DNA of 64,000 nucleotides from Minisyncoccota bacterium (GTDB taxonomy: Bacteria; Patescibacteriota; Minisyncoccia; UBA6257; 2-01-FULL-56-20). The translations under genes and the position numbers were made by a program. The stretch is taken from contig DATJLR010000002.1 in NCBI GenBank assembly GCA_035509435.1, positions 330,338 through 394,337 on the forward strand, read 5' to 3'. Within the stretch, counting starts at the first letter, position 1. Every line of letters starts with the position of its first letter. Of the stretch, positions 1-8,425 are shown in pieces. Below the pieces are notes generated by a model that saw only the letters and a program-made list of their open reading frames with translations, searched no databases and had not been told where the DNA came from.

Positions 1-60
1 TCAAAGATCACGTCGAACTACTGACTGCGTAGCTTTGTTGAGTACACAATTATTTACGCA

Positions 61-89
61 AGAGGCACCTTAGTGGGTGCCTCTTTTTT
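61..89 (+). terminator. intrinsic terminator after a gene ending near position 32
   Basis: AGAGGCACC-TTAGTG-GGTGCCTCT stem followed by a T run; an upstream frame ends ...KDHVELLTA-TAG at 30-32. Confidence 0.7.
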
Positions 90-105
90 GTGCGCCGGGC
101 AGGAT
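87..105 (-). repeat. 19-bp direct duplicate of the tRNA-Tyr 3' end (att-like)
   Basis: TTTGTGCGCCGGGCAGGAT at 87-105 is identical to 668-686. Confidence 0.8.
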
Positions 106-220
106 GGGCTGATAAGAATCAGCCGAATTGGTTCGCTCGTCGAAAATAAATCTTTGCTTTATTTTCTCCTCGCTGCCAATTCCCGAACCCTAAAGGGTTC
201 TTATCCTGCCCAACATAGAC

Positions 221-255
221 AAACAAAAATGGCATCTTTGATGCCATTTTTGTTT
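221..255. terminator. bidirectional terminator-like perfect hairpin
   Basis: AAACAAAAATGGCATC-TTT-GATGCCATTTTTGTTT. Confidence 0.7.
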
Positions 256-305
256 GCGGTGCGGGGTATCGGACCAGGTTCGAACCTATTTGGACAATTT
301 CTGAA

Positions 306-641
306 CTACCCCTGAAGGCCCATTAACATAAATCCTATTAAAGCGATAAGAAAATATATAAGGGAAAGAATTAAAAAAATAACGCCAACAATTCGAGATG
401 TTTTGGATTTCTTGCTGATAAGAATAAGCGAAAATATAAATGCCGCCGTATTTAGAGATAGAGCGATTACCCAAATTAAGCCTCCATAAGGAGTATTATT
501 AACAAGCCCATTCTGCATATTAACGTTGTTATAAACCCCGCCAACGATATATGGCGATATGACAAGAATTATTAAAACCAAAACATCCCACCAAGAAAAC
601 TTATATTCTTTTACCGAAGAAGTTTGCTTTTGTTCTTCCAT
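306..641 (-). CDS. hypothetical 3-TM membrane protein (AT-rich)
   Basis: ORF from MEEQKQTS with three hydrophobic segments; the longer ORF start overlaps the tRNA. Confidence 0.7.
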   Translation of the reverse strand: MEEQKQTSSVKEYKFSWWDVLVLIILVISPYIVGGVYNNVNMQNGLVNNTPYGGLIWVIALSLNTAAFIFSLILISKKSKTSRIVGVIFLILSLIYFLIALIGFMLMGLQG

Positions 642-671
642 AAGATTATTATAACACCTCAATAAAATTTG

Positions 672-755
672 TGCGCCGGGCAGGATTCGAACCTGCGTAG
701 CCCATAGGGCGACAGATTTACAGTCTGTTGCGATTGACCACTCCGCCACCGACGC
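672..755 (-). tRNA. tRNA-Tyr(GTA)
   Basis: GCGTCGG/CCGGCGC acceptor stem, ACAGA-CTGTAAA-TCTGT anticodon arm, long variable arm, GTTCGAATC T loop. Confidence 0.97.
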
Positions 756-761
756 ATTTAT

Positions 762-1094
762 TTAATTGTCTGATTCGCCGCCCTCCTTATTCTGCCCGCT
801 GATCTCTTTAAAATCAATGGCCGGGCGCTTGTCGGCTTCGGGCTTCACTTTTTGGAGGTGCTTGGAGAGCGAGTTGTCGAACTTGAGCACCATCACCTTC
901 AGCTTGCGCAGGAACTTGTTGAGGAAGCTGTTGAACGCCGCATCGATGCGCTCCGGCATCTCGGAGGTCGCCCAGCGTTCGAGAAACCCTTTCTCGTCGG
1001 TCGGAACCTCCTCGATGCGCGGCAATGCCTGGACCGTAAGATACAGCACGGTGCCCAGGCAGACCATCAGGATGATCGTGAAGATGAATTCCAT
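762..1094 (-). CDS. hypothetical protein with N-terminal TM helix
   Basis: 110 aa; start overlaps the tsf stop (TAATG). Confidence 0.75.
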   Translation of the reverse strand: MEFIFTIILMVCLGTVLYLTVQALPRIEEVPTDEKGFLERWATSEMPERIDAAFNSFLNKFLRKLKVMVLKFDNSLSKHLQKVKPEADKRPAIDFKEISGQNKEGGESDN

Positions 1095-1555
1095 TATGCC
1101 TCGATGCGGGAGAATTCCTTTATCGTGACGTTCTCCCCCACTTTTGCGACCACTTCGCTTACCACGATCTTTATCGTTTTTGATTCATCTTTGATATACG
1201 GTTGGGCAAGCAGCTCATCCACATCTTTTGGCGCTGCCGCCGCGATGTGCATCGCAAGATCGTGCGCAAGTTCCTTGAACGGCTCCGAACGGACGACAAA
1301 GTCCGTTTCCGCGCTCAAATGGAGCAGCACGCCGATGCGGTCGTTGTGCACGTATGTCTCGACAAGGCCCGCGCCCGTTTCGCGGTCCGCGCGCTTCTCC
1401 ATCTTTGCGAGGCCCTTCTCGCGGATGATCTTTGCCGCCTCGTCCATGTCGCCGTTCGCCTCGATGAGCGCTTTCCTGCAGTCCATCACTCCCGCGCTCG
1501 TGATGTCGCGCAACTTTTGGACCGCCTCTGCCGTAACTCCAGTTTTCGTTTCCAT
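1094..1555 (-). CDS. tsf: elongation factor Ts (short form)
   Basis: VQKLRDITSAGVMDCRKAL, ETDFV and LAMHIAA motifs; follows rpsB. Confidence 0.95.
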   Translation of the reverse strand: METKTGVTAEAVQKLRDITSAGVMDCRKALIEANGDMDEAAKIIREKGLAKMEKRADRETGAGLVETYVHNDRIGVLLHLSAETDFVVRSEPFKELAHDLAMHIAAAAPKDVDELLAQPYIKDESKTIKIVVSEVVAKVGENVTIKEFSRIEA

Positions 1556-1584
1556 AGTTTTCAATTATACACCCTTCGCTAAAT

Positions 1585-2364
1585 TTATTTTTCCGCTGTC
1601 GGCGCTTTCGCTTCCGGCGCCACCGCCGCGCGTGCCTTCACTCCATCTTCGTATGCGTTGCCCACGCGCTCCAGGAACCATTCGATGCTTTTCTTGGCCT
1701 TGTCGTTTCCTGGCACGACATAGTTGATCTTGTCGGGATCTGCGTCCACGTTCGCGAGCGCGACGACCGGGATCTTCTTGGTGTTTGCCTCGCTGACTGC
1801 CGTGTGGTGCAGCATCGGGTCTACGATCACGACGACATCGGGCTCTTTCGTCATATTCTCCAAGCCGCCCATCAATTCTTCGAGCCGCTTCATTTCGCGC
1901 TCCATTTCCAGCCGCTCCTTCTTGGTGTACTTGCTGACGAGCGCGCCGGAGGCGAGGTCAGTGCGGAGCTTTTTGAGGTGCTCAACGCGCTTGGCGATGA
2001 TCTTGAAGTTCGTGATCGCGCCGCCCACCCAGCGGGTCGTGACGTACGGCAAGCTGAATTTTGTGGCGAGGGCGCTCACGCTTGCTTCCGCCGCCGGTTC
2101 AGTGCCCACGAGGAGCACGAGACCGTTGTTGCGCGCGCGCTCTTTGATGAACGCCGCCGCGGCATCCATCATTTCTTCCGTCTTCTGGAGGTTGATGATC
2201 TCGATCCCGCCCCGATTGGCGAGCACAAAGGGGCGCATCTTGGGGTTGGTCTTGCTCTTTTTGCGGCCATAAAAAACGCCCGCATCCATCATTTCGCGGG
2301 ACCCTTCCGCCGGATATCCCGACGTCTGGTTGTTTTGCGTGGTCACTGCTGTGTTTTCTGGCAT
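1585..2364 (-). CDS. rpsB: 30S ribosomal protein S2
   Basis: NPKMRPF, IINLQKT, RWVGGAITNF and VPGND motifs. Confidence 0.97.
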   Translation of the reverse strand: MPENTAVTTQNNQTSGYPAEGSREMMDAGVFYGRKKSKTNPKMRPFVLANRGGIEIINLQKTEEMMDAAAAFIKERARNNGLVLLVGTEPAAEASVSALATKFSLPYVTTRWVGGAITNFKIIAKRVEHLKKLRTDLASGALVSKYTKKERLEMEREMKRLEELMGGLENMTKEPDVVVIVDPMLHHTAVSEANTKKIPVVALANVDADPDKINYVVPGNDKAKKSIEWFLERVGNAYEDGVKARAAVAPEAKAPTAEK

Positions 2365-2408
2365 AGGGAGAATTATAGCAAAGGCGCGGAGATAGTCAAA
2401 TCATACAT

Positions 2409-2436
2409 AAAAAAGACCCATTGCCGGATCTTTTTT
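2409..2436. terminator. terminator-like hairpin downstream of the atypical tRNA
   Basis: AAAAAAGACC...GGATCTTTTTT imperfect inverted repeat. Confidence 0.55.
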
Positions 2437-2521
2437 ATAACTTGCGGTGAAAGGCACCGCGGCCCCCTCGACAGGTATTATTCATAATACGCGCGCCTTT
2501 ATGAATGTCAATTCGGATCAA

Positions 2522-2596
2522 TGGCGGACCACCGGGAAATCGAACCCCGAACTGCCGTCTGTCGAGAGGGCCGTGATACCGTTTCACCAGTGGCCC
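2522..2596 (-). tRNA. atypical tRNA, identity undetermined (Asp-like body, non-canonical anticodon arm containing GAC)
   Basis: GGGCCAC/GTGGTCC acceptor, G73, encoded CCA, GTGA/TCAC D stem, TTCGATT T loop; anticodon arm GCCCT-CTCGACAG-ACGGC has an 8-nt loop and a C.C mismatch. Confidence 0.75.
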
Positions 2597-2654
2597 CCAC
2601 TGACCAGCGAAATGTAGCACGCAGGCGATTAAAATCCTGTTAAACCTTTTCTGC

Positions 2655-3704
2655 TTAGTGGCTGAGGAAGAAGATCACCAAGCCGAGCGCGCAGAAGATG
2701 GCCGAGACGATCCAGAAGCGCATCGTCACCTGCGACTCGGGCCAGCCGAGCGCTTCGAAGTGGTGGTGGATCGGCGCGGAGCGGAACACTTTTTTGCCGT
2801 GGCGCAGTTTCTTTGACGTCACCTGGATGATCACTGAAAGCGATTCGAGCACGAGGATGATCGTGAAGAACGGGAGGATAAGCGTGGTGTTCGTGAGCAT
2901 CGCGATGACGCCGATCGTGACGCCGAGCGACATCGAGCCCGTGTCCCCCATCATGAACTTTGCCGGATAGATGTTGAACCACAGGAACGCGAGGAGCGCG
3001 CCGATCACGACGCCGCTGAACGCGGCGAGGTCATAGCGATGCAGGACGAACGCCACCGTGGCGAGCGAGACGAACGCGAAGAGCGCCACGCCGCCGAAAA
3101 GCCCGTCGAGCCCATCCGTCTCGTTCGCGCTGAACGCGCTCGCGAAGATGATGAAGAGGAATATCGGGATGTACCACGCGCCGATCGTCACGTTGCCCAC
3201 GAACGGGACCGCGAGGACGTCCCACTGGAGCCGGAAGTAGAACCACCACGCGCCGATGCACGCCATGATAAAGTACATGATCGCTTTTTGCCTGACCTTC
3301 AATCCCCCGCCGGAAGCGCCGCCGAGGCCGAGGGCTCCCAGCCAGTCGTCGAGCAGGCCAAGAAGCGCGGCGATCGCGAGCGCGGCGATCGGCAGATATG
3401 TTTCCGCACGATCCACAAAATTGAAGTACGTCCATACGCCCCCGAACAAATGATTAAAAAGATCGAAAATGAGCGCCATGCCGAGCACGGTGCTCCAGAT
3501 GATGATGCCCGCGCTCGTCGGCGTGCCCGCTTTGTTCTTATGGAGCTCGCTGAAAATAGGCGTATCCGTACGCAGCTGTTTGCCGAATTTATATTTTTTT
3601 AAGAACGCGAACCAGAGCGGCGTGATCACGAGCGCGATCACGAACGAGATCGTGGTCAATATCGTGACCCGTACCGCTTCGCTGAGGAGCATGGATTGCG
3701 TCAT
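2655..3704 (-). CDS. mraY: phospho-N-acetylmuramoyl-pentapeptide transferase
   Basis: KAGTPT, LLDD, NETDGLDGL, MGDTGS and APIHHHFE motifs; multi-TM. Confidence 0.96.
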   Translation of the reverse strand: MTQSMLLSEAVRVTILTTISFVIALVITPLWFAFLKKYKFGKQLRTDTPIFSELHKNKAGTPTSAGIIIWSTVLGMALIFDLFNHLFGGVWTYFNFVDRAETYLPIAALAIAALLGLLDDWLGALGLGGASGGGLKVRQKAIMYFIMACIGAWWFYFRLQWDVLAVPFVGNVTIGAWYIPIFLFIIFASAFSANETDGLDGLFGGVALFAFVSLATVAFVLHRYDLAAFSGVVIGALLAFLWFNIYPAKFMMGDTGSMSLGVTIGVIAMLTNTTLILPFFTIILVLESLSVIIQVTSKKLRHGKKVFRSAPIHHHFEALGWPESQVTMRFWIVSAIFCALGLVIFFLSH

Positions 3705-3710
3705 TGATCG

Positions 3711-4721
3711 CTATTTATAATTTTGCCGGAACCAGGCAAAGAGGTTCGAGGTGTTCTGGAACGGCAGCGCCGGCGCGCCGAGCACGACGATCAGCACCGG
3801 ATGGCCGTCATAGTTGAATATGGAGAGCAGGTTGCCGCCTGCCTGCGGCGTGTTGCCCGTCTTTCCGCCCACGAATACCGATTCTCCAGCAAAAGCGTTG
3901 ATGCTTTTTACCTCGATCGTCCTTCCGGAATTGAGTTCGGTCATTGTCCATGTCGGCGTGTCGGTGAGCGTAAGGATCTCGGGATAGTTTTGATAGATAT
4001 GCTGGGCAAGGATCAAAAAGTCGCTTGCGCTTGATTCGTTCGCCGCGGAAATGCCCGATGTGTCCGCAAAGTAGGTGTCGGTCATCCCCCATTGCGCCGC
4101 ACGCGCGTTCATCTCGCTCATGAATTGCGCGTGGCCGATCGTGTCTGCCATCGCTTCCGCAGCGACGTTGCTGGACGGCATAAGCATGAGGTGGAGCAGG
4201 TCTTCCACGGTGTACGTACCGCCGATCGCGAGCGTATACTCGTCCGGATCGACGGAGAACATCTGCGGCGTGATCGTGATGCGCGTGTTTGTGGGCAGCT
4301 GGTCGAGGATGAGTGTTGCGGTCATGAGCTTGGTGAGCGATGCGGTCGGCCACCGCGCATTGACGTTCGAACCGGCGAGGACGGCGCCAGTCGTAAGATC
4401 GGCCACCATATATGCTTTATTGCTGAAGATCGGAAGCGGTGTGTCGCCGGTTCGCGTAAAAACAGTGTCGGTGGCGGCAGGCGGGACGCCATCGGTCGCT
4501 GCATTGCCGTCATTGTCATCCGGCGCGGTAGCACTGATCGTCGTCTGCGGCAGCACAAGCTTTGTTGGCTGGTTCGTGGACGATTGCGCGGCGGAGGCGG
4601 TCTGTCCCTGGTCGGCATCGGCACGCGAGGGTACGCCGGAGATGTTCGGATACACGTATCGCACGAACGCTATCGCGCCGATGATCACCAATAAAAAAAT
4701 GATTTTCTCTGATCGCTTCAT
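3711..4721 (-). CDS. D-alanyl-D-alanine carboxypeptidase (peptidase S11)
   Basis: SxxK (ASLTKLM), SxN (SSN) and KTG motifs; N-terminal membrane anchor. Confidence 0.9.
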   Translation of the reverse strand: MKRSEKIIFLLVIIGAIAFVRYVYPNISGVPSRADADQGQTASAAQSSTNQPTKLVLPQTTISATAPDDNDGNAATDGVPPAATDTVFTRTGDTPLPIFSNKAYMVADLTTGAVLAGSNVNARWPTASLTKLMTATLILDQLPTNTRITITPQMFSVDPDEYTLAIGGTYTVEDLLHLMLMPSSNVAAEAMADTIGHAQFMSEMNARAAQWGMTDTYFADTSGISAANESSASDFLILAQHIYQNYPEILTLTDTPTWTMTELNSGRTIEVKSINAFAGESVFVGGKTGNTPQAGGNLLSIFNYDGHPVLIVVLGAPALPFQNTSNLFAWFRQNYK

Positions 4722-4736
4722 ATATAAATAGGGCCG

Positions 4737-5318
4737 CTATTGCGCTTCTGCGGTTTCGGTGCCCGGCAGGGGCTCGGTTTGGGGCTGCGGCTGGTCGAAC
4801 ACTTTTAGCAGCTCCTGGAATTTTTCATAATCCGGCAGACCCTCCTTTTCTTTTATCCCGAGATGCTTCATGAGGTCAAATGTACCGCGGTAGAGGAAGC
4901 TCGCGGGGTGCTCCGGATCGGGAGAGCGGTCCACGAGGCCGCGGATCATCAAGCTGCGCAGGATGACGATGGAATTCACGCCGCGCAGATACTCAAGCCG
5001 CGCACGGGAGATCGGCCCAAGATACGCGATGATAGAGAGCGCCTCGAGCGACGCGGGCGTCAGATCCTCGGAGATCTCCTCCTTCATAAAGCTTTCCAGA
5101 ATATTGTTGAAGTCCGGCTTAGTGGCAAGCTGGACCTTTTCGCGATCGGAAACAAGCTGAAGGCCGCGGTCGGCGGATTCGAGATCGGTCGTTAATCCGG
5201 CGATGAGCGTTTCGAGCTCGTCTTTTTCTATTCCAAGAACGGACTGTATTTTTTTATACGTAAGGGGTTCGCCGTGGATAAAAAGCAATGCTTCAAGTGC
5301 TGCGCGTCCGTTTTTCAT
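4737..5318 (-). CDS. scpB: SMC-Scp complex subunit ScpB
   Basis: LEALLF and LEALSIIAYLGPISRARLEYLRGVNS motifs. Confidence 0.95.
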   Translation of the reverse strand: MKNGRAALEALLFIHGEPLTYKKIQSVLGIEKDELETLIAGLTTDLESADRGLQLVSDREKVQLATKPDFNNILESFMKEEISEDLTPASLEALSIIAYLGPISRARLEYLRGVNSIVILRSLMIRGLVDRSPDPEHPASFLYRGTFDLMKHLGIKEKEGLPDYEKFQELLKVFDQPQPQTEPLPGTETAEAQ

Positions 5319-5328
5319 GATCTTTTAA

Positions 5329-6093
5329 TCACTTTTTCTTCACCATTATATCAGAAAAATTATCCATCTGCTCCAGGAGGACGAGCTGCTCGCGCGCGAG
5401 GTGGAGTATCGCGAGGAAGACCACGATCATCTCGCCCCGCGATTTTTCGCCGGACAGGTTGCCGAAGCGCATATCCCCTTCTTTTTGGATGCGGCCGAGC
5501 ACTTCGCTGATCTTTTCCTCGAGCGTGACAATCTTCTCCCGGATGGTCTCCGTCTCCAGATCATACGTTTTGATGGAGTCAAATATACTGCCCAATGCCG
5601 CGGCGAGCGCCTCGGTGTCCAGGTTGGCGCCGGGATAGAACATCGTCTGGCCCGGGATGTTGCCCGTGCCGCGGCCGAGGAAGTATGGCCGGCTGAACGA
5701 GTGGTGGCTCGTTTGCCAGAGCCGGTTGATCAGCTTGATCGCGGGTTTGAGCTGTTGATAGATATGCAGGCGCGCCTCGAGGTCTTTGATGTCTGCTTCC
5801 TCCTCTTCGGTCAGCGCGAGGCCCGGCAATAAATACTTCGACTTCAGAAATATCAATTTGCTCGCGACGGAAACAAAGTCCGCGAGAACGCGCAGGTCGC
5901 CCCGGAATTTGACCTCCGCCTCCGCAGCGGCATCGCCGCTCAGCCCGCTTTTGAACGTCTCCAGGTATTTCAAAAAATCGTCCGTGACCTTGGCCAAACT
6001 GACCTCGCTCACGTCCATCTTCTCCGCCTCTATGAGCTCCAGCAACTTCTCGAGCGGCCCGCTGAACTCCCCTACGCGCGTTTCATATTCCAT
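5329..6093 (-). CDS. scpA: segregation and condensation protein ScpA
   Basis: FSGPLEKLLELI, KSKYLLP and FLAILHL motifs; adjacent to scpB. Confidence 0.95.
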   Translation of the reverse strand: MEYETRVGEFSGPLEKLLELIEAEKMDVSEVSLAKVTDDFLKYLETFKSGLSGDAAAEAEVKFRGDLRVLADFVSVASKLIFLKSKYLLPGLALTEEEEADIKDLEARLHIYQQLKPAIKLINRLWQTSHHSFSRPYFLGRGTGNIPGQTMFYPGANLDTEALAAALGSIFDSIKTYDLETETIREKIVTLEEKISEVLGRIQKEGDMRFGNLSGEKSRGEMIVVFLAILHLAREQLVLLEQMDNFSDIMVKKK

Positions 6094-6177
6094 GGGATCA
6101 ATATTCTGATGATAGAAGAAACGGATAGAAGAATCAATTTAAGATGTTTTTAATGACGAGTATGTATGCTGCTATGG

Positions 6178-6558
6178 ATGCAAAAAGATTTCGACCGCTG
6201 GAATGCTCAAAAATCAAAACTGAACAACGAGATTACCACTCAGTTGTTTAAAGAACGCGAGATCTGGTTCTGTTACCTAGGATTGAATATCGGGCACGAG
6301 CAGGATGGAGGTGTAAAAACTTTTCTCCGGCCAGTGATCGTTTTAAAGAAAATTTCTAACGAAATGTTTTTTGGTATCCCTCTCACGCGTACGCCAAGAT
6401 TTGGAAAAGAATATTTTACGATAATCAACAATCACGGCGTTGGGTTTGCCATGCTCTCGCAGGGGCGCACATTGGACGCCCGACGTATTAAATATTGTTC
6501 GGCGATTATACCAGAAGATGAATTCGAATCACTCAAGCTTTGTTTCCTTTTATTTTAA
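6178..6558 (+). CDS. PemK/MazF-family endoribonuclease toxin (no adjacent protein antitoxin)
   Basis: KDFDRWN, EIWFCYLGLNIGHEQDG, RPVIVLKK, IPLT and SQGRTLDARR motifs; AT-rich. Confidence 0.88.
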   Translation: MQKDFDRWNAQKSKLNNEITTQLFKEREIWFCYLGLNIGHEQDGGVKTFLRPVIVLKKISNEMFFGIPLTRTPRFGKEYFTIINNHGVGFAMLSQGRTLDARRIKYCSAIIPEDEFESLKLCFLLF

Positions 6559-6564
6559 GTATTC

Positions 6565-6642
6565 TATAAAAACGTTACTCCCGCCCGGTCTGCGCGCCAG
6601 ACATCTATGGGACGGGAGAGCAATAGGACTTTTTCAGTCCTG
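6565..6642 (-). ncRNA. candidate ~75-nt small RNA convergent with the mazF-like gene
   Basis: own promoter at 6648-6675; hairpin AGGACT-GAAAA-AGTCCT, then CTCCCG...CGGGAG stem and a T run. Confidence 0.45.
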
Positions 6643-6647
6643 CTATT

Positions 6648-6675
6648 AGAATAAATTTCTTGTGCGCAAAGTCAA
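6648..6675 (-). promoter_or_regulatory. sigma70-type promoter
   Basis: TTGACT-16 nt-TATTCT on the minus strand. Confidence 0.6.
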
Positions 6676-6719
6676 ATGAAATTTAATGATATTTTAATAA
6701 ATTTATTACCCTAAAATTA

Positions 6720-7124
6720 GAAAGGCCCGCTCACGGGTGAGACGGGCCGAAGGGCAACTGAGAACTGGACTCAGAAGGTGCATTTCAAATGCACTGATAC
6801 CCTGGGAAGAAAGCTCCCTCGACCGAATTATCGGCGCTCGGGAACTTACAATCGCGGTTTCCAGCAACCGCGAAGGATTACGTGCTCCTATGGGAGCGAA
6901 GGACCAATGGTCCGGTAAAAAAAGAACTGTTGTCGGGTCATGCAACCGCCTGCACGAACCCGACCATTATAACACGCATATTGCCAGCCGATGGCAGTCT
7001 CGACTGACGCACCCCTGTTCTTCCCCCGCAGACCGAGGAACGCCTTTTGGGAGTCCGGATTAGCTCAGCTACTGCGTTTCCACAGTAAGGTGTCAGGGTC
7101 AATCCGGATCAAGCACCCTAACTC
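6720..7124 (-). ncRNA. candidate large structured non-coding RNA (family not recognised)
   Basis: about 12 hairpins in 400 nt and no credible ORF; consensus promoter upstream and a GC-rich terminal hairpin with T tail. Confidence 0.55.
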
Positions 7125-7129
7125 AGGAC

Positions 7130-7157
7130 AGTATAGCATATCCATAAATCCTGTCAA
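7130..7157 (-). promoter_or_regulatory. strong sigma70-type promoter
   Basis: TTGACA-16 nt-TATACT with extended -10 TG. Confidence 0.75.
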
Positions 7158-7198
7158 GCCCCTGTCAATGCCTAATTTCCAGCGTATAATAGCAATAC

Positions 7199-8308
7199 AT
7201 GGCACAAGCGCTCTATCGAAAATACCGGCCGCAAAAATTGGACGATGTCCTCGGCCAGGAGACGAACGTCGAGATCCTTAAGAATGCCGCGAAGGCGGGG
7301 CGGCTGGGGCAGGCTTACATCTTTTATGGCGCGCGCGGGACAGGTAAGACGACGACGGCACGGTTGATCGCAAAATTGCTCAACTGCGAAAAACGTCGCA
7401 CCGATCCGAAGTTCGCCGCGCTCGGCGAGCCGTGCAACGAATGCCGCGAGTGCCTGGCGATCGACGCGCAGAACTCGTTCGATGTCGTGGAAATCGACGC
7501 TGCGTCCAATCGCGGCATCGACGAGATCCGCAACCTTAAGGAAAACATCCGCACGTCGCCCGCGAGCGCCGAGCACAAGGTCTACATTATAGACGAAGCA
7601 CACATGCTGACCGGCGCGGCGTTCAACGCCCTGCTCAAAACGCTCGAAGAACCGCCCAAGCACGCGGTGATCATTCTCGCGACGACGGAATTTGAAAAGT
7701 TGCCGCCGACGATTACTTCGCGCGCCCAGCGGTTCGTGTTCAAGAAACTGTCCAAGGCGACGATCATCGAAAAGCTCACCGACATCGCAAAGAAGGAAAA
7801 GATAAAGATCGATGACGCGGCGATCGAGCTCATCGCCGCCGCCGCGGAAGGAAGCTTCCGCGACGCGGAGTCGTTGCTCGACCAGATCTCATCGCTCGCG
7901 AGCGCGAAGGGCATCTCCCTTGCCGACGCCGAGCGCGTCACCGGCCGCACCGGCCTCAAGAAGGTCCACGAGATGGCGCAGTTCATCGTCGCGCGCGATG
8001 TAAAAGGGGCGCTTGGCTACCTGAACGAGCTGAACGAGGATGGCCACAACCTGGTGCAGTTCGCCAAAGACCTCATCCATTATCTGCGCAAAGTGCTGTC
8101 GCTCAAGATCAATCCGTCGCTCAAGGCGGTGATGGAACGCGACCTCACGCGTGACGAGGTCGCCGCCGCGATCGCGCTCGGCGCGGACGCCGATGCCGCC
8201 GCGCTTGTGAAGTTCGAGAAGGCGCTCATCCGCGCGTACGCGGAGATGCGCTACTCCCCTTTTGCCATCGTCCCGCTCGAAGTGGCGCTCGTGGAACAGC
8301 TCTCGTAG
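7199..8308 (+). CDS. dnaX: DNA polymerase III subunit gamma/tau
   Basis: ALYRKYRPQ, GARGTGKTT, EIDAASNRG, IDEAHML and NALLKTLEEPP motifs. Confidence 0.97.
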   Translation: MAQALYRKYRPQKLDDVLGQETNVEILKNAAKAGRLGQAYIFYGARGTGKTTTARLIAKLLNCEKRRTDPKFAALGEPCNECRECLAIDAQNSFDVVEIDAASNRGIDEIRNLKENIRTSPASAEHKVYIIDEAHMLTGAAFNALLKTLEEPPKHAVIILATTEFEKLPPTITSRAQRFVFKKLSKATIIEKLTDIAKKEKIKIDDAAIELIAAAAEGSFRDAESLLDQISSLASAKGISLADAERVTGRTGLKKVHEMAQFIVARDVKGALGYLNELNEDGHNLVQFAKDLIHYLRKVLSLKINPSLKAVMERDLTRDEVAAAIALGADADAAALVKFEKALIRAYAEMRYSPFAIVPLEVALVEQLS

Positions 8309-8354
8309 ACAAAAATCGCGCGGTGCGTATAATAAGAAACGTTCGCAATACCAT

Positions 8355-8425
8355 TGCCGGATCATCTAATGGTAGGATAGTGGACTCTGAATCCATTCAT
8401 CTTGGTTCGAATCCAAGTCCGGCAG
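8355..8425 (+). tRNA. tRNA-Gln(CTG)
   Basis: TGCCGGA/TCCGGCA acceptor, GTGGA-CTCTGAA-TCCAT anticodon arm, GGTTCGAATCC T arm. Confidence 0.95.

Noticed and set aside
90-110. GTGCG directly after a terminator, resembling a group IIC intron 5' end
   Set aside because: Fully explained by identity to the tRNA-Tyr 3' end; no reverse transcriptase or domain V follows.
852-1727. Long antisense ORFs (also 16195-17166, 57535-58413, 60051-61748 and many others)
   Set aside because: They are shadows of well-supported genes on the opposite strand in GC3-rich sequence and carry no motifs of their own.
6720-7124. RNase P RNA, tmRNA, SRP RNA, 6S RNA or c-di-AMP riboswitch assignment
   Set aside because: No GAGGAAAGTCC/P4 pair, no tRNA-like ends, no SRP CAGG...AGCAG loop and no end-to-end rod. 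The CGGGGGA...GGGGTG resemblance to ydaO lacks the GCTGAATC and AGCTAAC elements.
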